From the NCBI RefSeq assembly GCF_009914755.1, contig NC_060926.1: a stretch of DNA of 64,000 nucleotides. One strand, given 5' to 3'. Numbering within the stretch: position 1 is the stretch's first letter; each line of letters starts with the position of its first letter. The notes beneath the pieces are model-generated. The model saw only the letters and a list, made by a program, of their open reading frames with translations, was not told where the DNA came from and made no database searches. Shown here one piece after another: positions 12,736 to 26,472 of the stretch. The translations under genes and the position numbers were made by a program. The stretch comes from the human T2T-CHM13v2.0 reference genome, Homo sapiens.

Positions 12736-15700
12736 CAGCCATTTTTCCGTGGCTTTTTGTAATTGTACCATCACAGGGTTACCAGCACAAAATATCTTCT
12801 TAAAAGAAAAAGAAAACCATATACATTAAATGATGACAAATATGACTCCTGGCAAGGGAGAAGAAATGCTTTATTATAGAGTATAATAATTTTAAGGGTA
12901 ATTTTTAAAAATATGGTTGTGATTATATGATTTTTAAAAGCACTTTTGTGTTAATTTCCATATTTTGGATCAGGAATTTCTGTCCAGTAGTGAGAGTCAA
13001 ATTTAGGAAAAAATGTAAATAAGACTAAGGGTTAAGTATCTAGTAGACAGTCACTGCAAGTTCATAGGTAACAGGTTAAGATAAATCTATTACATATCAC
13101 AAGGGATAGATTTTAAAGTAATAATTTAAAAGCATTAACCACAAAAGAGGATTTCTTTGACTAGGGAGGAATTAAAAGAAGGCAAAGACTGCAAATGAGT
13201 ACCACTGTTATTGCAAAAGTACACAGAGATAAACTCATCCCTTGAGAAGTGTTCCCCAACTGTATAAAGGGATTGAATGAAACAAAGGAGTCTTAATAAT
13301 AATGAGCAATAATAGGCTCTTACAGCTGACCTTTCCCATAAAATCCCCTAAGGGCTTAGTGCATGTTGAATATTATACCAATTTGAAATAGTAAAGAGGA
13401 TTGTTAGGCATAGAAACCATTTCAGTTATTGACAGGACCCATAAACTATGACAGAGAGAATTTTTAAAGGTTCTCTAGGGATTACAAAGCAAATGCCTTC
13501 AGGTATTGTGTAGGTAATGTAAATGAGGGAAGCTGTCCTGCTGTAAGACAAATAGAAATAGTGAGGTTTGAGGGACCCATGTCAAGATTTTCAAATCTAA
13601 ATTGCTTTAAAAATTGCTTCAGCCAAAGTAAATATATCTGTAGGCTCTAGGGTTCCCTCTCCCTGCCATGTCTACAACAACAGCATTTTATCACTATGTT
13701 AACTAAAATGTTCAGTTTCATAGCTTGCATCTATGTGTCTTACTATATCACACAGCCAACTCTTATATGATATGTTTACTTGCCTGCTAGAAATTGAGTC
13801 TAAATCTTAAGATCTCCTTGGACATTTTTTTTGCAACTAAGAGTACTATGATGCCCAAAAATCTCTCCTAAACTTAATAAATTATGAAGACCTTACTGAG
13901 GTAGTACTTGTCAAATTGGAACATGGTTCATGAGCTAAAGAAGCTTATACACTCACACCAAGTTCTCTTCTGCAAGCCTAACTTAGAGAGTTAAGAGGAA
14001 AGATGAGTGAAGTGAAGATAAATCTTTTCTTTCTTCTTGTTCTTTGGAAAACATTTGCCCGAATGGATATGTTTTATTTAACAAGTGTTGTTTAACATGT
14101 TGTAGAAAGATAGAGAATATGACTTACTGATTTGGAAGATAGCAGGGTGCATTTTTATCTATAGAAAGAAAAGCAGCCATACACACACTCACAAACAGAA
14201 AACCAATATTAAGTAAAAATAAGGAGTAGAGAGGAAAATGTTTAGAAGTAGACAAACTGGGTTAATTCTATGGCCAGTAGAAATACAACAATTTGTGCTT
14301 TCCTCTGGGACACTAAACATAATTCTTGGATTTGGGTAGAGGTATGAGATTAAAATCTGTGTTTATTTGAATCACAATTCTGATGCTCAGGAGAGAGAGG
14401 AAATACATGACTCATTTGTTATGACCAGTATCTGAGAAGACAAAACTCACAGGCTATTTTTTATTATCTACAGAGTAGATATAAGATTGTTTTCTGAGAC
14501 TTCAGCTGCATGGATTTTTGTACTTTGGAAGTAAATAAGAGAGAGTTGTAGAAAACCTCAGAGTTTCTGATGTTTTTCATAATGAGATCCATAAATATTA
14601 AGAATTATATGACTAATTAATTACTTTGACTTAGTCCTTGGGTCTGAATTTATTTTTATAGCCATAAAAAGTAATTATATTATTTGATATGGCTTGGTTT
14701 TAAAGTTTACTTCTTTGTACTTCTTTTGAAGCTCCTGTCCAAATTCTTTTAGGACTCTGTGTATTGGCTTGGTTTTAACATAAAATTAGTTGAATGTACT
14801 TAAATATAAAATAAATGAAATCCCACATGCTAATGGCCCTTATAAAAACATAAAATCCAAGTAAACTTAGTCAGTTCTAAAGAACTATGCGCATAATATA
14901 ATTTACACAAAAATATAAGATAAATGATGTTGCTTTGCTAACATGAAACTTTTGGTTGAAAGGTGAATAGAGTGCTGATTTTATCATAGTCCCACAGCTT
15001 ATAATAATATATGCCTGTGTTGACTCAATTTGTCACAACTTTTCCCACTTCAAGCTAACATTATTCCAGAGCAATTCATAGGACCCTCAGGAACTGTCCA
15101 TAATCTACAGTTTATAAAAGGCTGGCCCACAGGTATGGTACTTGCTCAATGCTTTACACTAACTGGGACATATTACACTAATTGGGACCCCATGTAAATA
15201 AACAAAGAGAGAAAAAATAAGGCAAACAATATATAAAGCACGCATTTTTTTAAAAAAACAAAGCAAAACACCTCTTACAGCATAGAAACACTTAAAGAAA
15301 CTTCCATTTGTTTTGTTGTTATTGTAGAATTTTCTCATGGGAAACAAACTATTGAAAGGATTTCCAGTAGTCCCCTCCTCACTAATTATCATTTTCTCTT
15401 GTAATTATCTTGATAAGTTTTAGAGAATAAATTTCATGGGAAGCTGCCCAGAAGTCCTTTTTCAGTCACTCATTCCGTGCTCTAGTGGGAAGTTGCTGGC
15501 AGCCATTTTGGTGACAGATAAATCCATAGATAGACAGCAAGCTTGAGGCAGGTGGGTGAATTCCAAGCCTATGCTAAGTGCTCAACCTGAGGAAGATTAT
15601 CCAGAGAAGTCACTTTAAATTTTGGGAGGTGGCAAGCACAACACCTGGAGATATTGCCTTAATTTACCTCCTTTATTACTCTAGCCTAGATTGATGTGAC

Positions 15701-17597
15701 AGCCTGTTAAAGATTAAAGACAGTGTTTATCCCTAATTTGTAATGCTAATGCTTCCCAAGAACTGTGGTGAAGGATTACACAATTAGCAATTTTACACTT
15801 TCATCATTGCAGTGGAATTTTCAGAAGGCACCCCACCCAATGTTGAACTCTGGTTGTGTTCATGTGTTGAACAATTGTATGTTCTGACCATTAAATTAGT
15901 CAGTTGTGCCTGATGCTCATTTTCACTTCTGTAGCTTTTGACTAAATATTTCACTCAAGATGAAGTCTAGAAACCCCTAGGCTAAATTTTATTACATTCT
16001 TTCTTAAATAATGTTAAAACAACTTTCATAATATAGGATACACTAGATTTCTTTCTCATGTTGCTGAAGGTATTTTTGACAAATTTATTGGTATTTGACT
16101 CGCAAATAAAGAGAAGGATGATTGCTGGCCCTTAAAATCTGTACATGTTTTGCCATCTGTTTAGAAGCCAAAATTATGCAATCCATACTTTTAGGATGAA
16201 TTTAAACATAGATATTTCCCTTCTATAGTATCTAACATAATCAAACTTTTTTTTACATGTTTTGGCTTATTATTTTTATCATTACCATTACCTTACCTTC
16301 TACTTATTAAGATGCACTTGTTACAGTACACTAGGAAGTAAAAAGACATATTTTTTTCAACTACAAAGCTATCAAAAGTGAGAAAATGTTCTGTGTATTG
16401 TAGAATTTGGCACAGCAGTATTCACAGATATTCTTCTTACATGTGACTTTTGAATGGCTTCTTAAGAACATTTTCCTCTAACTAATTCTCTTTTAAGAAA
16501 AGAACTGGCTATCACTAAACAACTCCTATGGAGTAGTCTTTATTTTAAAATGTGTTGCCCCAGAATGGAAAAAAAAATCTGTAAATCTTAAATTCAAATG
16601 ATTTCTTGAATGGTGACTTTTTTTTTTGTTTAACCATTGTATGGACTAACAGACTATAGATACCAAACTAAATTGAATATAGTTACTGGAATGTTTGTAA
16701 ATATTGCTGTGCTATTGCTGCCTTAATCAACTATGGTTAGCCTAACTTTTCTAAATTACCTTTTGTTAATAATAATAATAAAAAAGCCTAATCACTAGAT
16801 CTGATACGTTAAAAGTGACAAGTACTTGTTAAATTGGATTTGAAGATATCACTGGGTATAGTATAAATAAACCCACTGCTCATGAAAATTTAATAAAAAA
16901 CCCTTAAGATGTGAAAGAGGGACAATGATATAATAAGTTTTTGTTTACTTATCATACTTCAGACTTATTCTCAAGTGAGACTTTAAAAAAATTGCATTAA
17001 TGAGCAAGAACCATATGGCTTGTGATGGAGATATTGCAAGAGTGGCATAAATCCAGCTGTCCATTTCCAGCACATAAGCATGTTTTATTTGCTGTTTAAT
17101 TGTTTCTAGTAAAAGAATTTGCTTATGTGCTAAATATACACAAAATATTTTATTCTCTTTTTATACGGTTAGTAATGAATCTTCTGTCATCATCAGTATT
17201 GCATATTTACAAAGCACCTTTCCTTTGAGTAATTCACATAATTTATAACCAAATTATAAGGCTATTTATGTAAATATTTTGCATGCCTACTTAACAACCT
17301 TGAAGCTTGCCATGTGTTCACATTCAGGGAGTCACAAATAATTTATAGGAGGTCAGTTATAATGAAGTGGATTTTATTAATTTTATTTTCTGTTTATTCA
17401 AACTGTGGAATTGAGGAGTGGAGTCAGAGGGAGCTAAATAGGGAAGGAAATGTAGCATGCCAACATCAATTTTAGGCCAGTTATATGCGATATATCTGTT
17501 GAAGAGGGGGGCAAAAGAAAGAGAAAACATTTTTTAAAATGTTTAAATGTTGTTTAAATAATTGTAAAATATTCTCTGAGTCAACATAATAAATTAA

Positions 17598-17968
<371 letters not shown>

Positions 17969-18099
17969 TCAACTACCTTTTAAACCTTGGTATTAATAAT
18001 ACTGTGCCTTATCCTGCATACGTGCAATAATCATTTATTGAGGGCTACCATGTATCTGATACTTTTTTAGATATTCAAATTTGCACTTACATCAGAAAA

Positions 18100-18385
18100 A
18101 GTGTTCAGAACTCACAAATTATCAGTCCATAAACTGAGTCCAATCATGATATAAGTGTAGTTTGTTTTGCAGGCTATTTTATAAACTTTTTTGAATTAGA
18201 TGCAATGTTTAACATTTGGGACATTGCACAGAATAATCTAGATGAAGAGTTTTGAAAGAAAATCAGAAGATGTTACAATACTGAGTTTAGATTTCTTCAC
18301 AGTAATAATTCTCTGGGGCATAGTAGACTTGGCCCTTTTTAGAAAAGCATGCATTCTTTAGTTATCTACCTTTCTTACCACTTTC
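18100..18385 (+). mobile_element. MER102-like hAT-Charlie element
   Basis: tttttgaattagatgcaatgtttaacatttgggacatt...aaaatcagaagatgttacaatactg...gcatgcattcttta. Confidence 0.55.
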
Positions 18386-18409
18386 TAACTGGAAGTAGTT
18401 AATAGAACA

Positions 18410-19180
18410 TCTTGTTTGAGGAAAATAAGGAAAGAGCAGAGGATTAAGCTAGAAATGTAAGAAGGGACCAAATCTTGATGAATATTATACAGCATCTGAA
18501 AGAATTTGGATTTAACTTTGTGGACAATAAAAAGTCTCTGAAAGACTATAAATGAGGGAGTGAAGTAATTTTATTTATGTTTTAGAAAACCACTCTGATA
18601 ATGGAATGAAAGATATATGCATGAATTGAGGCTGAAGAGAGATTAGTTTAAGAGCCTATTGCAATAATCTATTAAGAAGTAGTGCTAGTTTGAATAGAAG
18701 GCCAAATGCACAGGATTTTATGATAAACTAGCTATAATGTGTGAGAGACAGGTCAGAACATAGGATAAATGTCATTTTTTGTGTGTGTGTGAGACTCAGT
18801 GGGTGGTGACATCATCAACCAAGTTGAAGAAGAGTTGGAGGGGAGAGAAATTAAGTTAGTTTTGATTGTATTGTGGTTGAGGTTTTGGTGGGACATCCAG
18901 GAGGAAATAAAGTGTGGGCAGTTGAGTATATGACTCTGAAATTAATGGGAATGGAGGCCATCAATACATAACCTGGAGTTCATACATTAGTGGAGGACCA
19001 AAGCAAGAGGAAAGCCAAGACAAAATATTGTGGATCACAAAAGTGAGGGTAGTGAAATAGAGCATTTTTAAAGGGAGAAAAAGTCAGGTATAATCCAGTG
19101 TCCACTGGATTTTGTAGTTGAATGAGAATAGTTTGGTAAAGTAGAAGTCTGATAATCATCTGTATACAAGAATAAAAGAA
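18410..19180 (-). mobile_element. L2 fragment
   Basis: gaatttggatttaactt...tgttttagaaaaccactctg...gtgggacatccaggagg...gtgtccactggatttt. Confidence 0.65.
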
Positions 19181-20193
19181 AGCTGAGAAGAAATTGATTT
19201 AAAAAATCCTACCCACCAGCCCAGGGAGATATCGTGTCCTTATCTTTGCATTGTGGGAAAACATTCTTCTCTAAGACTTTGTAACCATAGATCTGTCTGT
19301 CTACTGGTTTGAAATTTTAATTGTACTACACATATAGTTGAAGAACCCCAAGCCATGACATTAACATAAAAAAGTGGCCACAACCCAGTAAAACTTCTTG
19401 ACATTGAGGAGAATCAAAGACAAAATCCTTTTGGATGATATAACTTTCACCTATAATACTTATAGAATACCATTAATAAGGATTCATCTAACATGTTTAA
19501 AATGCAAATAACAAAAACATGTGGAAATAATCCACCACGAGTTGGAGTTAGCAACAGGATAAGCCACTAAAACCTTTGCATGATGGAACTATTGAATTGG
19601 GACCATGAAATAAATGTTATTAGTAACTAAAACATGAGGAAAGAATATGATATTATTAAAAGAGAATTAAGAATAAATATAGAACTTCTAGAAACAGAAA
19701 ATCATCATTGACTTAACATATTCAGTGAATGGGTTAATAGTAGATTAGACACAGTTAAAGAAGAGAACTAAAAGATGGATCTGAGATAATTACTCAAAAT
19801 GCAGCACATAGATATAAACAGAAGGTAAATATGAAAAGGGAGTTAAGAGCCATATAGGATATAGAAAAGGCCCAAAATTTATATAATCGGAGTTCTAAAA
19901 GCTGAGAAACAGGTGAAAGTGACTGAGAATTTTCTAGAATTATTAAGAAACATAAATCCTCAAATTCCAGAAGACCAATAAATCCCAAATATGAAAAATA
20001 ATGTTCTTCCCTAAATACATTCTAATAAAGATGAAGAAAAATATAAAACTAATAAACATTTGGAGACAAAAATGAGATTATCTACCATAGAAAAAAATTA
20101 AGTTGATAGCAGTTTTCTCTAATGATAACATAAACCAGAATATAATGTAATAATTTATTTAACAGGTAGGTTAGAATAGAAAATGCCAATCTA

Positions 20194-23100
20194 GGGGGCA
20201 AGATGATAGAATAGTAGGCTCCAGTGTTTCTCTTCCCTGCAAGGACACTGATTTAACAACTATTTACATAGTAAAACATCTTCATAAGAATAAAAAAGCA
20301 AATAAGCACTCACAGTACCTGGTTTTAACTTCATATTGCTGAAAGAGGCGCTGAAGAAGTAGGAAAAAGCAGTCTTGAGTCACAGAGGCTACCTCTTCCC
20401 CATCCCCCAGCAGTAGCAGCATGGTGCAGAGAGCATTTCTGTGTGCTGGGGAGAGAGAGAGAACAGGAATTCTGAAGCATTAAACTCAGTGCTGCTCTGT
20501 TATAGCAGAAAACAAAACTGGACTAAACTCAGCTGATGCCCACCCATGGAGGTAACATTTAAATCAGCCTTAGCCAGAGGGGAATCACAAATCCTAGCAG
20601 TCCAAACTTGAATTCCCACAAGCCTCACCACCACCCAGTGTCTGGGCCTTAGATAAACTTGAAAGGCAGTGTAGGCCAGAAGGACTGCAGCCCTAAGGCA
20701 AATCCTAGTAATAAACTTGTCCCAGAGCCAGTGGACTTGGGGGCATATGACTTACTGATCACCACCTGGGGCAGCCAAGGGGGTGTTGGCATCACCTTTC
20801 CCCTAACCCAAGGTTGCACAGCTTATGGCTCCAAAAATATCCCTTTCCTCTGCTGGAGAACAGGAGATAGAAGAACAGGGAGGACTTGGTCTTGAAGGAA
20901 AAACAATTTACCCTAAACAGTATACATGGTGAAAATACCCTTCAAACATGAAGGAGAAGTAAAAACTTTCCCAAACAAAAGCTGAGAGATTTCATCAACG
21001 CCAGACCTGTCTTATAAGAAATGCTAAAGACAGTCCTTCGATCAGAAAAAAAGGATGTAATGAGTAACAAAAAATTTTCTGAAGATACAAAACTCACTGG
21101 AAATGGTAAACACATGGAAAAACACAGAATATTATCATACTGTAATTATGGGTAAACTACTCTTAGGTAGAAAGACTACATGATGAACCAATCGAAAATA
21201 ATAACTACAACAACTTTTCAAGACATAGTACAATAAGAGAAATAGAAAAAAACAAAAAGTTAAAAAATGTGATGAAGAAAAAGTATAGAGTCTCTATTAG
21301 TTTTCTTTTTGCTTGCTTGCTTCTCTGTTTATGAAAACAGTGTTAAATTTTTATCAACCTAAAAAATGAGTTATAAGGTAGTATTTGTAAACCTCATGGT
21401 AACATCAAAACAAACAAACAAAAATCACACACAATGAATACACAAAAAAGAAAAAGGAAGAAACTAAATCATGTAACAGCAGAAAACCACCTTAACTAAA
21501 AGGAAGATAAGAAGGAAACAAACAAGGAAGAGAGGACCACAAAACAACCAGGAAACAAATAACAAAATGACAGGAGTAAGTCCTTACTTATCAATAATAC
21601 CATTGAATGTAAATGCACAAAAATCTTCAATCAGAAGACACAGCATGACTGAATGAATTAAAAAACAAGACCCATTGATTTGTTGCCTACTAAAAACACA
21701 CTTCAGTATAAAGACACACATAGACTGAAAATAAAGGGATAGAAAAAATATTTCATGCTAATGGAAACCAAAAAGAGCAGGAGTAGCTATACTTATATTA
21801 AGCAAAATATACTTCAAGACAAAAACTATAAGAGACAAAGAAGGTCACTATATAATGATAAAGGAGTTAATATAGCAAGAGAATATAACAATCATATATG
21901 TACCCAACACAGGAGCAATCAGACATATAAAACAAATATTGTTAGAGCTAAGGAAAGAGATAGAACCAAATACAATAATAGCTGGAGGCTTTAACACCCA
22001 CTTTCAGCCTTGGACAGATCTTCTAGATAGAAAATCAAGAAGAAAATTGGACTCAATTGGCACTGTAGACCAAATGAACCTAATAGAAATCTACAGAATA
22101 TTTTATCCAATGGCTTCAGAATACATTTATTTTCAGCACATCGATTATTCTCAAGGATAGACCATATGTTAGACCACCAAACAGCTCTTAAAACATTCCA
22201 AGCAACTGAAATAATATCAAGCATCTCCTCTGACCACAATGAAATAAAACTAAAAACTAATAATAGGAAAAATTTTGGCAATTATACAAATACATGGAAG
22301 TTAAGCAATATGCTCCTGAATGACCAGTGGGTCAATAAAAAAATTAAGAAAGAAATTAAAAGATTTCTTGAAACAAATGATATTGAAAACACGATATATC
22401 AAAACCTATGGGAAATAGCACAACAGTACTGCATAAAAAGGGAAGCTTACAGCTATAAGTGCCCACATCAAAAAAGAAGAAAAATTTCAAATAAACAATC
22501 TAACAATGTATGTTAAAGAACTAGAAAAGCAAGAGCAACCCAAACCCAAAATTTGTAGAAGAAAAGAAATACTAAAGATTAAGGCAGAAATAAATGAAAT
22601 GAAGAAAATAATAGAAAATGTCAATGAAAGAAAAAGTTGGTTCTTTGAAAAGGCAAACAAACAAAATTGTCAAAACCTTTAGCCAGACTAAGAAAAAAAA
22701 GGGAGGGGGGGGCGGATCTAAATCAAATCAGAGATGAAAAAGAATACATTACAATGGATACTGCAGACATTCAAGGGATTACTAGTGGCTACTATGAGAA
22801 ACTATATGCCAATAAATTGGAAAATCTAGAAGAAATGGACAAATTACTGGACACATACAACTTACCCAGATTGAACCAGGAAGAAATCCAAAAATCTGAG
22901 CAGTCTAGTAACAAGCAATGAAATCAAAGCCATAATGAAAGTCTTCCACTAGAGAAAAGCCTTGGACCCAATGGCTTCACTGCTGAATTCTACCACACAT
23001 ACAAAGAAAAGACAAGTCCAATCCTACTCATGAAAATAAAGGTGGAGGGAATACTTTGAAACTCGTTCTGTGAGGCCAGTATATCCCTGATACCAAAATC

Positions 23101-25762
23101 AGACAAAGACACATGACAAAACGAAAACTACAGGCTATTAGCCCTGATAAACACTGATGTAAAAATCCTCAACAAAATAGTAGCAAACTGAATTCAACAA
23201 CACATTACAAAGATCACACATCATGACCAAGTGGAATTTATGCCAGGGATGCAAGGATGTTTCAACATGTGTAAATTAATAAATGTGATACATATATCAA
23301 CAGAATGAAGGACAAAAAACACATGAAGCATTTGATAAAATTCAAGAAGCATTTGATAAAATTCAACATTCCTTCATGTTAAAACTTTCAATATACTAGG
23401 TATAGAAGGAACATACCTCAAGAAAATAAAAGCCATATACGCCCGACCCATATCTAGTATCATACTGAATGGAGGAAAATGAAGACCTTTCTTCCAAGAT
23501 TTGGAACACGACAAAGGTGCCTACTTTCACTACTGTTATTCAACATCTACAGGAAGTCCTAGCTGGAGCAATCTGACAAGAGAAAGAAATACAGGGCATC
23601 CAAATTGAAAAGGAAGAAGTCAAATTATCCTTGTTTGCAGGTGATATTATATCTGGAAAAACCTCTAAACTCCATAAAAAAACTATTAAAACTGATAAAT
23701 TTGGTACAGTTGCAAGGTATAAAATCAACATACAAAAATTAGTAACGTTTCTGTATGCCAACAGTGAACAATCTGAAAAAGATATAAAAAATAATTTCAT
23801 TTACAATAGTCACAAACAAAATTAAATACCCAGGAATTAAACAGAGAAGTGAATAATCTCTATAAAAACACTGATGAAAGAAATTGAAGAAGACACACAA
23901 AAAAGGGAAAGATATTTCATGTTCATGGATGGAAATAATCAATATTGTTAATATGCCCAAAATCCTCAAATCTACAAATTTAATACAATTTTTATGAAAA
24001 ATCAATTACATTCTTCACAGAAATATAAAAGAAAAATCCTAAAATTAATGTGAAGCCACAAAAGACTTAATATAGTCAAAGCTATCCTAAGCAAAAAAAA
24101 CAAAACTGGAGGAAACTCATTACCTGACTGCAAATTTTACCACAGAGCTATAGTAGCCAAAACAGCATGGTACTCGCATAAAAGCAGACATGTAGACCAA
24201 TGGAACAGAATAGAGATCCCAGAAACAAATCCACACACCTACAGTTAACTCATTTTTTATAAAGAACATGCCCTGAGGAAGAACACACCGTGAGGAAAAG
24301 GGTATGAGGAAGAACATACCCCGAGGAAAAGGTATGCCAAAAACATACCCTGAGGAAAAGACAGTCTCTTCAATAAATGGTACTGGGAAAACTGGATATT
24401 GATATGCAGAAAAATGAAACTAGGCTCCTCTCTATTATCTTATACAAAAAAATCAAATGAAAATTGACTAAAGATAAATCTAAGACCTCAAACTATGAAA
24501 ATACTATAAGAAAATACTGGGGAAAACCTCCAAGACATTGATCTGGACCAAACTTTCTTGAGTAATACCCAACAAGCACAGGCAACCAAAGCAAAAATGG
24601 ACAAATGGGATCACATCAAGTGAAAAAGCTTCTGCACAGCAAAACAACCAACAAAGTGAAGAGACAATCCACAGAATGGAAGAAAATATGTGCAAACTAC
24701 CCATTTGACAAGGAATTAATAACCAGAATATATAAAGAGCTCAAAAACCCTGTAGGAATAAATTCTAATAATCTAATGAAAAAATGCGCAAAAGACTTGC
24801 ATAGACATTTCTCAAAAGAAGACAAACAAACGGCAAACAGGCATACTAAAAGGTGCTCAACACAGTTGATCATTGGAGAAATGTAAATCAAAACTACAAT
24901 GAAATATCATCTCACCTGGGTCAAAATGGCTTTTACCTAAGAGTCAAGCAATAACAAATGCTGGTGAGGATGTAGAAGAAAAGGAATTCTGGTACACTGT
25001 TGGTAGGAATGTAAATTAGTACAGCAACTGTGGAGAACCTTCAGTGTGGAGGTTACTAAAAAACTAAATATAGAGCTACCATATGATTCAGTAATCCTAC
25101 TACTGGGTATATACCCAAAAGAATGGAAATCAGCAGCACTTCCATGTTTGTTGCAGCACTGTTCACAATAGCCAAAATTTGAATGCAACCTAAGTGTCTA
25201 TCAACAGATGAATGGATAAAGAAAATATGGTACTTATACACAATGGAGTACTATTTAGCCATAAAAATAATTAGATTCTGTTATTTGCAACAACACGAAT
25301 GGAATTGGAGGTTATTATATTAAGTAAAATAAGCCAGTAACAGAAAGACAAACATCGCATGTTCTCACTTGTTTGTGGAATCTGAAAATCAGAACAATTG
25401 AACTTATAGAGAATGGAATGGTGGTTACCAGTGTCTGAGAAGGTAGTGGGTGACAGGTGGGGGGTGGAAATGGAGATGGTTAGTGAGTACCAAAAAATAA
25501 TTAGAAAGAATGACTAAAACCTAGTATTTGATGAGAGTGCAGCAGGGTGACTATTGTGAATAATAATTTAATTATACATTTAAAAATAACTAGAAGTGTA
25601 TAATTGGATTGTTTTAAACACAAAAGATAAATGCTTGAGGGTACAGAAACCCCATTTTACATTATGTGATTATTATGCATTGCATGTCCACTTCAAAACA
25701 TCTTATTTACCCTATAAATATATAGACCATGTACCCAAAATTAAAGTAAAAAAAGAAAAGAA
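20194..25762 (+). mobile_element. Near full-length dead L1MA (L1MA2-like, L1M1 5' end) with an internal deletion
   Basis: 5' end gggggcaagatgatagaatag. ORF2 remnants from about 21567 (ISSISSDHNEIKL, YYEKLYANKLENLEEMDK, KRQSTEWKKICANY), then 3'UTR and A-tail. 14-bp TSD aaaatgccaatcta at 20180-20193 and 25763-25776. Many stops and frameshifts. Confidence 0.93.
24262..24360. repeat. Degenerate tandem expansion (about 4 units of aacataccctgaggaa) within L1 ORF2
   Basis: gaacatgccctgaggaa / gaacacaccgtgaggaaaag / gaacataccccgaggaaaag / aacataccctgaggaaaag. Confidence 0.8.
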
Positions 25763-26341
25763 AAAATGCCAATCTATAATTCCATATTGTGCTAATCTAT
25801 TATTTAAGAGGCAGAGGGAAATGCTATTATCAGACAAACAAAAACCACAATTTTCAGAAAGTTTGGTTGTAAAGAAAAGAGACAACTTTTATAGGAATAA
25901 GTGATGGATACAGAGTCCGAGAATCATGTTAAATTTGTAGAAACTTGAAAATGTCGATAGACCAAATGATGGGAAATGATAGAGGCAGTAACAGAAAGGC
26001 AAGAGAGGAGAAAGAAGAAGGGATGGGGAAAGAAGGTAAAGAGAGAGAGAGAGGAGATTATTGTTAGAAAAGCTTGAAAATCTATGAGGCAGGTGGAATC
26101 AAGATTTTGAGGAAGTGAGAATGGGTGCATGTATGAGAGAGTCAAAAGTGACATTGAAAAACAGAGAAAAAAGGAAGTGAACAGAAAGATGACTAAAAAC
26201 CAGTAAAATAGTTGATAAGAGATACTGAGAGCTCAACGGATGTTTCAAAGCATAAATTTCCATCAGCAACACCGCTACCATTTCTATTTCTTAAATAAGG
26301 AAAAATTATATTTCTAAAATTACAACAGTTCCTGAATTTTA

Positions 26342-26472
26342 TTTTATTTTGTCATTAGAGACAGGGTCTTGCCATGTTGCCTAGGCTGGTCTCGAACACC
26401 TCAGGGTGGGAGGATTACTTAATTCCAACTCCCAAGTAGTTGAAGTTACAGGTGCAAGCCACCATGTCAGCT
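26342..26472 (-). mobile_element. FLAM (monomeric Alu)
   Basis: agagacagggtcttgccatgttgcctaggctggtctcgaac...acaggtgcaagccaccatg. 16-bp TSD cagttcctgaatttta/cagtttctgaatttta. Confidence 0.85.

Larger units (their letters stand above)
19330..25900 (+). mobile_element. Old L1M ORF1 remnant (host) split by the L1MA insertion; pieces about 19330-20193 and 25777-25900
   Basis: gaatgggttaatagtagattagacacag and gagaattttctagaatt before the insert; resumes as taattccatat...tcagacaaacaaaaacc after it. Confidence 0.6.

Noticed and set aside
12950-13560. Possible ancient CR1/L3-like LINE remnant
   Set aside because: Similarity is too faint to call by eye and needs a Dfam search.
24262-24360. Repeat-spacer-like pattern suggesting CRISPR
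   Set aside because: Eukaryotic L1 context with degenerate units, no unique spacers and no cas genes.
21567-25100. Chain of + strand ORFs with L1 endonuclease/RT similarity
   Set aside because: Fragmented by many stops and frameshifts. This is dead L1 ORF2, not a CDS.
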